A stretch of DNA of 64,000 nt from Balanoglossus misakiensis (taxonomy: Eukaryota; Animalia; Hemichordata). Position 1 is the first letter of the stretch. Every line of letters begins with the position of its first letter. The DNA lies in assembly GCA_040954595.2 (NCBI GenBank), contig CM082582.2, positions 8,638,425 through 8,702,424 on the forward strand. Reading direction: 5' to 3'. Positions 52,856-64,000 of this stretch are shown here, one piece after another. The notes beneath the pieces are model-generated. The model ran no database searches and was not told where the DNA came from. It saw only the letters and a program-made list of their open reading frames with translations. The translations under genes and the position numbers were made by a program.

Positions 52856-55824
52856 TTATTTGTAACCGTAGCTGGTACGGTAGATTGTCTTGTCGGAAAT
52901 CCTTGGAAATAAGCTGCTACTTTCGCGTTCACGTTTGTTGGTGTCGTTAACAAGCGTCGAATAATAATCTCTCTCGGGTCTTCCACCTGTGATAAAGGAA
53001 GAACAATATGCTAAATTCCACGAGTCATAGTAAATGTTGGTGTTACGCCATCGTAAATGTATTAATTAACATAGAAAGTCGCATATATTGTACTTCGCCA
53101 TCATGTTAACATGTTTTTATTCTTGTTACAATGCAACTTACTGGGAGAAGTGAGGCTGGTTGATAGACCCGTAGTATTCATATATTTTCCGGAGTTACCC
53201 CCAGTGTAGGTGGGCGGAGTTCTCATAGTACCGTAGGTGGCGTTGTTTGGCGTTGCTGACGGTCTTGCAACCCTGAAAGGCAAAGGAAGTCTCATGAGCT
53301 TGCTAACCTACTGTTATCAATGGTTATAGACCCTCCAGCGTTCTGCTGCAATTTTTCATCTGGCTAGTTCGATAGACTGAAAGATTCAGTCGTGTGCGGT
53401 CGCTCGGGCGCAGTGCCCACGACCCAAGCAAGGCAGTGCGTCATCTATAGCGTCCGCACACGACTGAATCTGTCAGTGCTACTGGTTCAGCCGTCCAGGG
53501 CAACGTGGATAGGGTGTTCACGTCATCGTCCGTCTAATTAAACGACTCACTTGTTCTCTGCATCTTCGACCAACACCTTCAACGACTCTATCTCGGCTCT
53601 TATAGGCGGCTCTCTGTTGCTGCCTTCCTGTTGCAGCTTAGCCACGAGTTTGTCCTGCAGATCCTTGATTTTGTCCTCCAGTGCCCGTATGTGCACGTTC
53701 GACTTCTGGCGCTCCTGCGCCAGCAGTTCTGCCAGCCTGCTGTTGTCGTTTTCCAATGCTTGTATCTGGGTAAAGTTAACGGTTAATTTTAAACTGAGTC
53801 AGACTATCTTTGTAAATTTAAAGCAAGTGTAGTAATGCGTCGCATGGAAAAGAGGTCAAGAAATAGAACTCCCCTCCCATCGCAATTTTTTTGGTCATTT
53901 GACAACCAGTACAATTTCAGAGGTTAAGAAATACAAATAATTACCTTATTGCGAAGAGCATTGTTTTCTCTCTTTGCATCTTCGAGGGCAGCCGCCAATT
54001 TCTTGTTTTCCTCCGCCAACTTAGCAACATTCTCGGCGTCCTTTCCCATCTGGTTTTTCAGATCATTCAACTTGGGGGGAAAAGAAGAAAAGACGATTGA
54101 CTGAGAGCCTGGCAACTTTAAACATTATGTCAATATACTGTCAACATTTTTGTCGATGGTTGGTTGTGACTGATCAATTATAATTGCACACGTTATATGT
54201 CTGTCTGTCTGTCTGTATGTTTCTCCGTCTCTCTCCAGTCCCCCTCTCTCGGTCTCTATCTCACTCTCTTCCCCCTCTCTTGTTCGCCTTTTTGTTGATC
54301 ACTTACATTCTTGGCATACTCGGCCTGGGACTCCTTTTTGTATTTGTCCAGTTCGTCGGCCGCTGCGTTTCGAACTCTGGCCAACATCTCGGGCAAGTTG
54401 CTCTCCTTCTGGGCGCTTTCTCGCAGCCTCGCTTCCAACTGCAGGATCTGTCTTCCCTTGTCGTCAAGACGACTCTTCAACTCCGCGATTTCCTGCAACG
54501 ACCACGTGAACATTCAGTATACAACCAATTATCTGTTACCCCTAGCTATAGGCCGTTAAATTGGGTTTAAGAATTGGACGTTTTTTGCTTATATTTGGGG
54601 GGGATCAAATTTGTGGAGTCAAGAAAAGTTCATACTGACGCCATATTAGTTTTAGCGGGTTGAGAGAACTTCTGCAGTCACCCCTACCTCATCGCGCAAT
54701 TTCCTCTCGAAGTCTGACTTCTTCTGTAGATTGGCCAGTGCCTCCTGCGCATTGGCCAGCGCCTTGTTGTCCTTGTCGAACTTCCCGTGGACGTCGTCGT
54801 AGTTTCGCTTGAGGGCGTCGTTCTCCTTCTTGGCGTTGTCCAGTTTGCGAGCCAGGTCATTGTTGGCCGCCGCGGCCTGGTTCAACGCCTGATCCTTGTT
54901 GGCAAGCAGCTGTCTCAGCTTGGCTATTTCGTCCTGCAGGGCCCGGTTGTGTTGCTGTTCAGAGTTCAGCCTGCGATAGAAGCGGTGAAACAGAGCTGTA
55001 ATTTTCGAGTACCGAGTCATAAAGGTATGTTCAATGCGTTCGTGTTGTGCGTATCATGGATAAAGCTTGTGAACGCAAAGCGCATATAAGAAGCCCTGCG
55101 TACAGGTGTGTGTGTTCCTGGCCTATTGTCCTAACGTATACAGTTATTCAGATGAATACTAATTGTTCAGATACTTGCAGCGCTATGGCATGGTGCAGGG
55201 GGCAACCCGGGAGGCCTACCTTTGCTGCAGTTCTGATGCTACCGCGGCGTGTTTCTTAGACGCGGCCTCGTGTGCCTGTCTTTCAGCGGTCACTGCCTCG
55301 TTCTCCCTGCGCAGTTTCTCAAGTTCCTTCTCGTAGAGGTTCTTGATGACGCCGATCTCGTTCTCCAGATTTTTGATCGCATTCAGGAGTGCAGACGAGT
55401 CAACCTGCGGAGACAGGAAGCGTTTCGCCTCTGTTAGATTCCAACGATCACTAAAGCTACTCTTGCCGGTACTTCCACAGTTGTCACTCACTCACTCACT
55501 CACTCACTCACTCACTCACTCACTCACTCACTCACTCACTCACTCACTCACTCACTCACTCACTCACTCACTCACTCACTCACTCACTCACTCACTCACT
55601 CACTCACTCACTCACTCACTCACTCACTCACTCACTCGACCATCATCACCAAATTTATGGATGACTAAAATGAATCTTACTTGGTTGGCCTGTTTCTTTG
55701 CGTCCTCGACCTTTTTGATGTAGTCACCAAATCTTTCGTTTAGGTGCTGCAGTTCATTCTTCTCCTGTTGTCTCGACATCGGGGCAGCAGGGGGTGGATA
55801 TGATGATCGCGAGTAACCACTCAT
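52856..55824 (-). CDS. Lamin-derived intermediate-filament-like protein A (long IF rod, short tail, no Ig-fold/CaaX), ~466 aa
   Basis: Frame-consistent GT-AG exons: 55824-55681, 55404-55220, 54970-54688, 54492-54307, 54070-53945, 53765-53551, 53272-53142, 52986-52856 (1401 nt; ends ...IYRTSYGYK*). Coil-1A SRQQEKNELQHLNERFGDYIKKV; lamin-like segments EIGVIKNLYEKELEKLR, KSDFERKLRDEE, ELDKYKKESQAEY, LLAQERQKS; rod end IRAEIESLKVLVEDAENK. Confidence 0.9.
53373..53481. mobile_element. ~110-bp foldback element (MITE-like) in intron 6 of gene A
   Basis: TAGACTGAAAGATTCAGTCGTGTGCGGTCGCT (53373-53404) is a near-perfect inverted repeat of AGCGTCCGCACACGACTGAATCTGTCAGTGCTA (53449-53481), around a ~45-nt spacer. 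Confidence 0.6.
55484..55637. repeat. (TCAC)n microsatellite, ~38 units, in the first coding intron of gene A
   Basis: Directly visible. Confidence 0.97.
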
Positions 55825-55966
55825 TGTGAATAAAAGCCTGCAATAGGAATTTAAAGGGACATTAATTGGATAAAGTTTACATAAGAACCCCCTCCCGAAC
55901 ACAAGTGGCTGCGCCCTCATTCGGAGTCTGTAAACGCTTCACACTAAAAAAAACTTCTGACCTTAC

Positions 55967-56100
55967 CAAATCAATGCAATTGTGTGAAATCACTGATGGT
56001 CCAGGTCTGTTTTTCTTTTTGTCGCCTTCTTGTATTGTGTTAATTGGGCGTGGGCCATTTTAAAAGCGAATACCTTTCATGAAATGCCCAATGGATGTCA
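55967..56100 (-). promoter_or_regulatory. Candidate 5'-UTR exon and core promoter of gene A
   Basis: Acceptor TTGCAG| at 55838-55840 just upstream of the ATG, donor TTG|GTAAGG at 55966, TTTTAAAA near 56058 and CCAAT motifs nearby. Confidence 0.3.
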
Positions 56101-59100
56101 CACCTCCTTTGGTTGCTTTTATTTTTGTTTAGCTATGGGTTTCGCAAAAAGGTCTCCAAGTCACTGTCGAGGCACTTGTTTGCTTCGCTCCGATTTTTTT
56201 ACGGCAGAAATCGCCGTACAGACTCCTCCGATCGCTTCGTGTTTTGAGGAACGGCTCCTTCGCCCTTTAAATTGACTGGGCGTGTCGCTTTTTTTCGTCG
56301 CACCTGCATTCAAAGGACGTTTACAGAGGTCGAAGGTCACACTTGTCCCATTCAAGCCATGGACAGACTTGTTCATTTGAAAGCAATTGAGAGACCACTG
56401 CATTGAACGTATTGAAGAGATTGCTAAATTAGGAGAGCATGGACGATTCGAATTATTTAGTGATAATATCACGGTCTTTACGTCCACGGCCCGGGGCCAT
56501 AGAAAGTGAAAGGCGAAATCCCTTTTTCTCAAAACGAGGCCTCGGGACAACCTTGCCATGGTAACGACAATACTATTTTGGAGTCGGGTCATGTACAATA
56601 TAGCTGTTTTCGTTGCAAGGCACCTTCCCGATGTTTTTAATACGAAATCTTTCTTGGGCATTATTGATTTCAACCTTTTATGCGTGTGTTTTTTTCAACG
56701 ATCGCCGCGACAACAGAATGTCACGGAATATAGAACGGTCGTTAATTTTACAGGTGTTCCGGCATAATGCGCTTTCATGGATTGCTGCCGTCACCTTGAA
56801 ATGTCACGTGATATTTCACCACGTTGATGTTATCCATTGAAATCGTTCTCAACAGCACGGAGAGCTGTCAGGTCCGACATCTCCAAATGCAAACACGAGT
56901 GTATTCTAGTACATAAACCGATGGCCCAAGATATCGGTGCGATGCCTTGTCCATTCTCCCGGTATGCTGGTGAACCGCGCCGGGGGGAAATATTTGAATC
57001 ACAGCCGGAGGACACAATCTCGAAGGAGTGAGTGCTCTGATCTCGAAAATGATCCGATGACAAGGATATACGAAGCATAGCAACCCCGGGTGTCGGCGAT
57101 CATCAACACAGGTGAACGGGTCCCCCAACAACAGTGGGAAACGGGAATAGCCCCACGCTTACAGTTGGTCACAACCACGAACGTGTTCAGTTGATGAAGA
57201 GCGTTTGCTTTGTTTTAAATGATGCTGTTGCCAAGCGACTGTACAGGGATGGCAGGAAGAATGTAGCATTCATGGAAAGAAATAATCGAATCAGTTTCCC
57301 AGCGATAGTTATGATTAGGGGAGCCTTGACATATCACAGGAGTGACGGATCTCCGATATCCTAAAGGGCGCGCTTCTCTCCCATTTATGAGAAGTTATAC
57401 ATAAAGATAAAGAAATCTGCTTACCGTCTCCCACTTCTAAAATCTTCAAATTTGAAATCCGGGGAAATCTATGAAATTGACTTGAAGACGTTTCCAAGGA
57501 TGGCGACGACAACGCGGAGCTCGTGTACTGATCGTAGCAACGTGGATTCGCTTCTACCGTCAATGGATCATGAAGCCTCGATCGGGGACACCGGTGTGTG
57601 TGGTATGTTTGTTTAGACGTTGCCATGGCTTGCGTTGCAGTGGAGACCGATGTTCACCCCGTGTTCTGTTGACTCCTTAGTACCATAGGGAAAAATTATA
57701 TTGTGAAACACAGACAATCGTCATGAATATGGCTCTTTGTGTCAGCGTGGGTTTTATTTCACAGCCGTGAGCTATGGGGGCTCATATATACAACTAATGT
57801 GCATTATCCCCTCCCTCCCACTTTCACCAAGAGAGACAGTCCAAGCTATAACGTTTCGCCTTCGAGGTTTGTTGCTGTGGTTACCATATGCATGGCAAAG
57901 TTCGAATTCATTAATACAAAGTGCGCGTTTGGTTCAATGTCGTTAGGCTTGTCAGAGTGCTGGCGTTATATGGAGGAAAAATGAAGACTCCATCAACTGT
58001 AATCTAACTTTCGGATTTGAAACGAAAATTGAAGACAGATTGTAAATTTTGACGTTGTTTTCATATGCAGGCAAACAGACTAACAACCTGCTGCGCATGC
58101 GGGATGCAGCATACCGTAAAATTGCTCAACCATTTAGCATATTATTATGATCTTCTTCAAAGTAACGTTCATGTACGTGGCTGATCGTTGTATTATTCTT
58201 GGACCGTCCCCGCCCTTGAAAGTAATGATACCCACCTTAATTGTTTGTAAACTCGATGGTTCAATCATGATCGCGTAGGGTTACACCTCTGGTATTCAAC
58301 GGGAGCAAAGAGATCCTTGCTGGGGAGCTGACAAAAAAACTTTACCCCTGTAAGGAAAGGGCCTTATACAGAGATCATGCATAGAATGTAGGCGTGGTTC
58401 GAAGGGGTGAAAAATCACAGTTGACGATCGCGATTTGTAAACATATTAAGAATGAGGGTTCACCCAACGGCTTGACACCCTGTCTGTCTATCTGCCCCAC
58501 CCCCTCTCTGTTTTTTTCAATTTTTTGTCGGTTAAATCACAGTCCATTAACATACAGGTGCATGTCTGGAGCTGTGGCAATTTTAAAACAAGCATTCATA
58601 TCGGACTCGTTAAAATACAGCCTATCCTTTGAAAACCACAATTTTACGATCGCCCCGAGTCTGCGTGAGGTTGCAATTTAAAGTTTCTAGGATAAAAGGA
58701 CTATAGACGAGGCGAAGGGGTAGTATGGTGTTGTTCAAAAACAGTAAACAGGCAAAATTACTCATCTTCAAACCAGATTTAGCGAGGCAGAGAGAAGGAA
58801 AGCCCCCGTAAAAAATCACGAAGATATAAGTAACCATAGTAAATAATTCAACTTTTATTTCAAACTCTTGAAATATTGCATTTTAAGTTATATGAAATGT
58901 GACGCAGGAACAGACTATGCAATTGCGAGTCTTTGTTAGGACGAGGTAGCTCCTACAAAATTGTAAACAATCTCGTATCCATGGCAACATCATCACCATA
59001 TAAGAGATTTCTAATCATCTAAAAATATATATGTACAGTTTTGAATGTTGTTGGTAAAAATGAAAGGAATAAAACAACAAGCAGTGGACTGATATGGATG

Positions 59101-59430
59101 AGTTATAAAATCATACCAATGATTTACCCAGATTTCTACTGAGAAAAAAAATGCATATCTTACTCTCATATCAAATGCTTGCTTTAGTTTGTAAATACAG
59201 ATATCCCTATGAGCTGACATGAAACTATAAAAACATAGTACTGTAATAATGAGCTTCTGGAAAAAATATTACAATTAAAGATATGCAGCCAAAACTGATT
59301 TTTAAACTCTCATAATGTGCGCATGTGCCATTGCAGTCGCAAATTAAGGGAGGGTGGTGTTCATCGTAGCTCCAGCCTATGTTGCATTAACAAAAACGAA
59401 AGGGTGTAGAGGGCGCCAGTCGTGCAGCCC

Positions 59431-62400
59431 CTAAGCGTCCATCGACGCCATTTCAACAGTGGGTTCATTCTGAGCCTGATTTTCGGCGATGATGGCGGCC
59501 AGAGTTTCCTCCAACTTGAAACCCATCAAGTCCTTCCTCGTCAGCATTCCCACAACTTGGTTCTTGCGGTCGACCACGGTGAGGTGACGCAGCCCCAGGG
59601 TGCGGTAGATGATGTAGGTACGGTGGAGGGAGAAGTTGTCTTCCACGCAAGGTGCCGATTGGTTGTAATATGGTGCCTGGGAACATCAAAACATGATAGG
59701 TGAATTTGAGAAAAATGGCAATTAACTGTAAAAGAAAAGAACCTGACGTGAGAACATCAAATATTTGGTGATGCCATGTTGGACAAAAACATCAATGTGA
59801 TCTACAACTCAATTTGCCAGAAAATGATAATTACCAGATTGAGATACAGGCTTTCATATTTGGGATCCGAACACAGTGTTTCCAGAACTTCGTGCATGTC
59901 ATCCGGTACTTTATCAGTTGTCACCTGCAAAAGAAATAGAAAATCCATATGAAGAGATGTATATGTATACTCTACTCTCTCATTGGGTAACTCACCGTCA
60001 CATGATCAAGCCTCAGCCAATGAAACCACCCATTACAAAAAAAAATACCAGTACGACTAGAACACAGGTCACTTCTTACCTGTTGATACTCCACAGGCGT
60101 GACCAGGGGCTCGTCTTCGCTCGGGTCGTCCTCGGTTTCAAAGACGTCCTCCGTCTTGAGGAGAATGCACAATTCCGTCCTGGTGATCAGACCCATGAAC
60201 AGCTTGTCGCCGTCGTCGCTGGTCCGGACCACGGGGAAGCCCCCATGCTCCGTGTCCCTCAGCAGGTGCGCCAGGTGGTGGACTGTCTCCCGCGTGTGGA
60301 CCACGATAACCGGCGACACCATCGCGCTCCTGGTGTAGTGAAGCTCCAAGTTCACGCTGAATTGCGGCGAGGGGAGAAAAATAGAGAGCAGGAACAGAAG
60401 TTAGGCAGGTCACACGTATCATCATATTGGGGCAGACTGTCGCGGTAGACGTTGAAGCGACTCTCCATAAATCTGGTAATAACAATATCAACTGTTTGTT
60501 ACTCACGCTTTGTGGTTGTTATCGTAGATGATAGGTTCATGGTCGAGGAAGGGTATACACTTGAACTCCAGGATGGAATGGTAGATGGCATGAGTGAAAA
60601 AGTCGCCAACCCACTTGGAAACCACGATGGCAACCATGATCGGCAACAGGAACTGAATGTCATTAGTAATTTCCATCTGAAAGTGACATGGAAAGCGAAT
60701 AAAATTCAAATGCGAACGAGAAATTAATCATAGGTCTAATTTGATGAGAGTTCAGAGGTCAACGTTACTGTACCATGATGACGGTGAGCGACATTGTTAA
60801 TCTTGATACACCACCAAAGAAGGACGCAGAACCAATCAGCGCCATGGCACCTGGATCCATCCAAGCCCAGTATTCGTCAGTCTGCACACCGAATATGGAG
60901 ACCATTATCACCCCAATAAAACGACCATACAACGCCCCTATTAAACTGGTATATAAAGAGAAAACAATTTAACATTTTGCACTTTTATTTTTGGAAGAAT
61001 TTATACTACATGTACATGAGATCTAAACTGCAAATGGACAGAATAAAAGCAAGTACTCTTTGCGTCAGACTTACAGCATAGGAACGACCAATCCAGTCGA
61101 CATGGCCGTGCCAGCTGTCCAGCAGGCCATTGGGTAGTACACCAGAAACATGGTGGTCAAGGACGCGTAGCCAAACTCAAGGTGTGTGTCTCTGGAGTAA
61201 AGGTGGCCAATGGCTGCTTCTCCTGTGCCGAACATTAAAGTAGCCACTGGAAGAGAGAGAGGAAAGAGGGAAAGGTGCTTTATGGCATTGACTGTGTACA
61301 ATTTCTGCAACCACAGTCTCTGGTTTGGCACACAGGCATAGGATGACCGTCTCCCTTTAATCTGAGGTGCCTAAACTTGTTCACACTCTCAAAACCTAAG
61401 CAGAAGTAATGTCTACAGCTCAACCAGGTGCACGACCTCATTTTCATCGTACTTACGCTCACTGAACGTCTCATTGGACCACAGGCAGGTGTCATTTGGA
61501 GAAACTTCTTCACAATCGCACGGGCAGTTGTCGATGGTGATTCCGCTTGGGCAGGTGTACTGTCTGATCGTGGGTTCTGGCTGTATTTCGGTCGGTTCGT
61601 TTATGCAGTTAGGACTGAACTGTGCGTCGCTGAAAAGTTGGCAGAGAAAAGATGAACACACGAAGAACACTGATCAGCAAAGTAGGCGAAGCAAACAAAA
61701 CACGAACAAGCATACACCAGCCATTTTGAATATGCAAATAAGCAGGACAGTAAGTACTCACGCTGCCTTCTGACCTTGGTAATAGCACGAGAAAGCACTG
61801 CAAGGCAACGCAGCGGGCAAAAATATTGTAATTGTTGAAAAAATGATCTGTGAAGAAGAAAAGAAATTGGAGATTAACATTCAGTCAAACAGTGTTAATG
61901 TACAATTGAGCGAAACTGGGAGAAAAAAATGGACTTACTATAATTATACACGGTTCCACAAACTGAGCAATCTTTTGGCGCCATTTCCGGTTCATTTTCT
62001 TCAAAACTAACCGTCGCAGCCTGGCTAGCTTCAGATTGATAAATACGAAGAGACCACCCAGAAGGCCACCTATCACACCCAAAATAATGGTTGGAATAAA
62101 TAGGAAAATGTTCACGTCTAGACCGCTGCGGACCTGTGAATTTTGAAAAAAAAGGGAAATTACCAGAATAATAATTGATGAAACTTGTAAACCCCCCCCC
62201 CCATTTTTCCATTAAACACAAGCAGAAAATACTAAATGGAAATGGCAGTAATATATTGTACCTGGAACATGATATTCTTCTCAGCGCTGAACATGCCAAA
62301 ATTGCCCGTGTAATGGAAGGCAGTGAACGCTGAGTCAAAGAGATCAGTCGTGAACGTGGAGATGATGCAAGCGAAGAAGGTCATCCAGGATAATTTCAGA

Positions 62401-64000
62401 TTCCAGAACGATGACACCTCTTCCATGGAGAACAGCAGACCGCCGATGGGAGCGCCGAATGCCGAAGCCACTCCTGCCGCGGCTCCGGCAGAAATAAAAT
62501 TACGCCTACGGAGAGACGGATTCACACAGCACTTCAACAAACCATCATTTCCATACACGTCAGTTTATTCAAGATTATGAAAAGAAGTATCAAACCTCAG
62601 AGAACTTATACAAGTAGCATTTTAGAGCTGATCTCAATCTGGCTGAGAAATTTTAACCTACCGATCTTCTGTGTTCCTAAACCTTGTAAAATATGGCAGT
62701 CGGAAGCCTAGTGTGTCTGACTTGAACTGACTTAAACCAGCACCCACCAGAGCACTGAAACAACAAAAACACAGTGAGGGTTACACAAAGGCGTGTTGAC
62801 AAATTAGGCTAGGGTGGAAAACGACAGACATTCACTGGTGCATTACCCAATGTGTATCATAGGACCCTCAGGCCCAACCGGCATACCGCTGCCCACGGCG
62901 CACACACAGGACCAAATTTTGACCAGCAGGGTCTTGATGTTGAAGATGTGTCTCACTAGAGTGCCGTTCAGATATCCGATGAGCTCTGGGATGCCTGACC
63001 CAGCCGCTGCCGGCCTCAGGTACTGCAGGGGAGAGAAAGAGAAGTGAAGATGATCATTTAGTCTCAGACTGACATTTTGAGCCGTCCTTTGACAGATACA
63101 TGTCAATCATTAGATTGGCTAGATCAGCTTTGGTATTCTTCCAAGTTTTAAAGGCTAGAATATAAGTCAAATATTAGCAAGAAAATTCTGGCTGCATGAG
63201 TCATGTCTACAGCAAACAGAACACAAAATGGTTAGAGCTAAGCTTACAGAAGACAAGGATTTTGAAGGGGAAATCCTGGACAAATCATTTCTATTGTAGA
63301 TGATCAGTTAGATACTCACTACAACGGGAAGCGATGCAGCCAGTACAAAGATAAGACTGTATAAGAGTACAAAACCCCAGGCCATCAAAACCTCTCCATC
63401 CTATGAGAAAGAAAGAAAGATTAATCAATCAATCACTCAATCAATAAACAAACCATCCAACCAACCAACTACTGTCAGTCAGTCAGTCAGTGAACCTACC
63501 TGAATATATTCTTCTGCTTTATCCCATTTGAAATCAGCAATGACGTCAATGCACTGATGAATCAGAAATCCGATCATTCCAACAGTAAAACCGATCAGCC
63601 CCATCATCACCCATCGATCCCAATCCAATCTGTTGATACCAGAGAAAGGAAGCGTGAAAGTGAACCAACAATCAAAACAAAACAAAACAAACAAAATTTC
63701 AATAAGGAGAGAAGACCGATGTACGTTGCCATAGTAATAATGGCTGGGTTAAAAAAAAACTGTGTGAATATATATGTGAATCTTTTGCAAACTGTAGAAT
63801 TAATAACACACCTTGCAGGTTGCTTCCGGAGCCAGTTTTTGTAGGCCTGACTGTGAGGCGGCAGATAGTCGACGCTCTCGAACGACGCCAAGACGTCGCG
63901 CTCCTCCCTGGTGTACCTGTGGTTCACGTAGGCGCTCTCGTAGTCCCGTCCCTTGGTGAAGAACCCCGTCGGCTCGTCAGATTCCGTCGTGGTGCCGGCA
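59431..64000 (-). CDS. CLC-family chloride channel / Cl-/H+ exchanger, CLC-6/7 (endolysosomal) branch, with C-terminal CBS domains; 5' end lies outside the window
   Basis: 15 frame-consistent exons: >64000-63812, 63629-63500, 63400-63320, 63022-62847, 62754-62662, 62505-62262, 62133-61939, 61847-61762, 61629-61457, 61246-61075, 60945-60774, 60676-60507, 60356-60080, 59924-59835, 59676-59431. Motifs: [91 protein letters not shown], and CBS HGGFPVV and [12 protein letters not shown]...GMLTRKDL. Confidence 0.95.

Noticed and set aside
52856-55824. Calling genes A and B canonical nuclear lamins, or myosin/tropomyosin-like coiled coils
   Set aside because: No Ig-fold, NLS or CaaX, so not canonical lamins; the coil-1A motif and intron phases point to the IF family rather than generic coiled coils.

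Overview
Eukaryotic (invertebrate animal, probably lophotrochozoan-like; taxon is inference) genomic DNA with GT-AG spliceosomal introns, so most of the supplied ORF track is noise. I could build four protein-coding genes by hand with frame-consistent splice junctions. (1) A two-exon Snail-family repressor on + (SNAG exon 4978-5050, missed by the ORF track, plus a five-zinc-finger exon 5913-6667). (2, 3) Two tandem paralogous genes on - (A 52856-55824, B 44447-49414) whose rods and intron positions are lamin-like but which have no Ig-fold tail, NLS or CaaX, and whose IF consensus motifs have degenerated. Gene B's tail exons are duplicated at two nested levels. (4) The 3' 15 exons of a CLC-6/7-branch chloride transporter on - (59431 to beyond 64000). 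A ~38-kb gene desert between Snail and gene B holds microsatellites (one ~700-bp (TCAC)n) and candidate cis-elements (Snail E-boxes, RFX X-boxes, CSL sites, nuclear-receptor DR1). The best candidate for something new is the lamin-derived pair, which may form a non-nuclear, possibly ciliary, heteropolymeric filament. No database searches were run: protein comparisons are from memory of the families and need confirmation.
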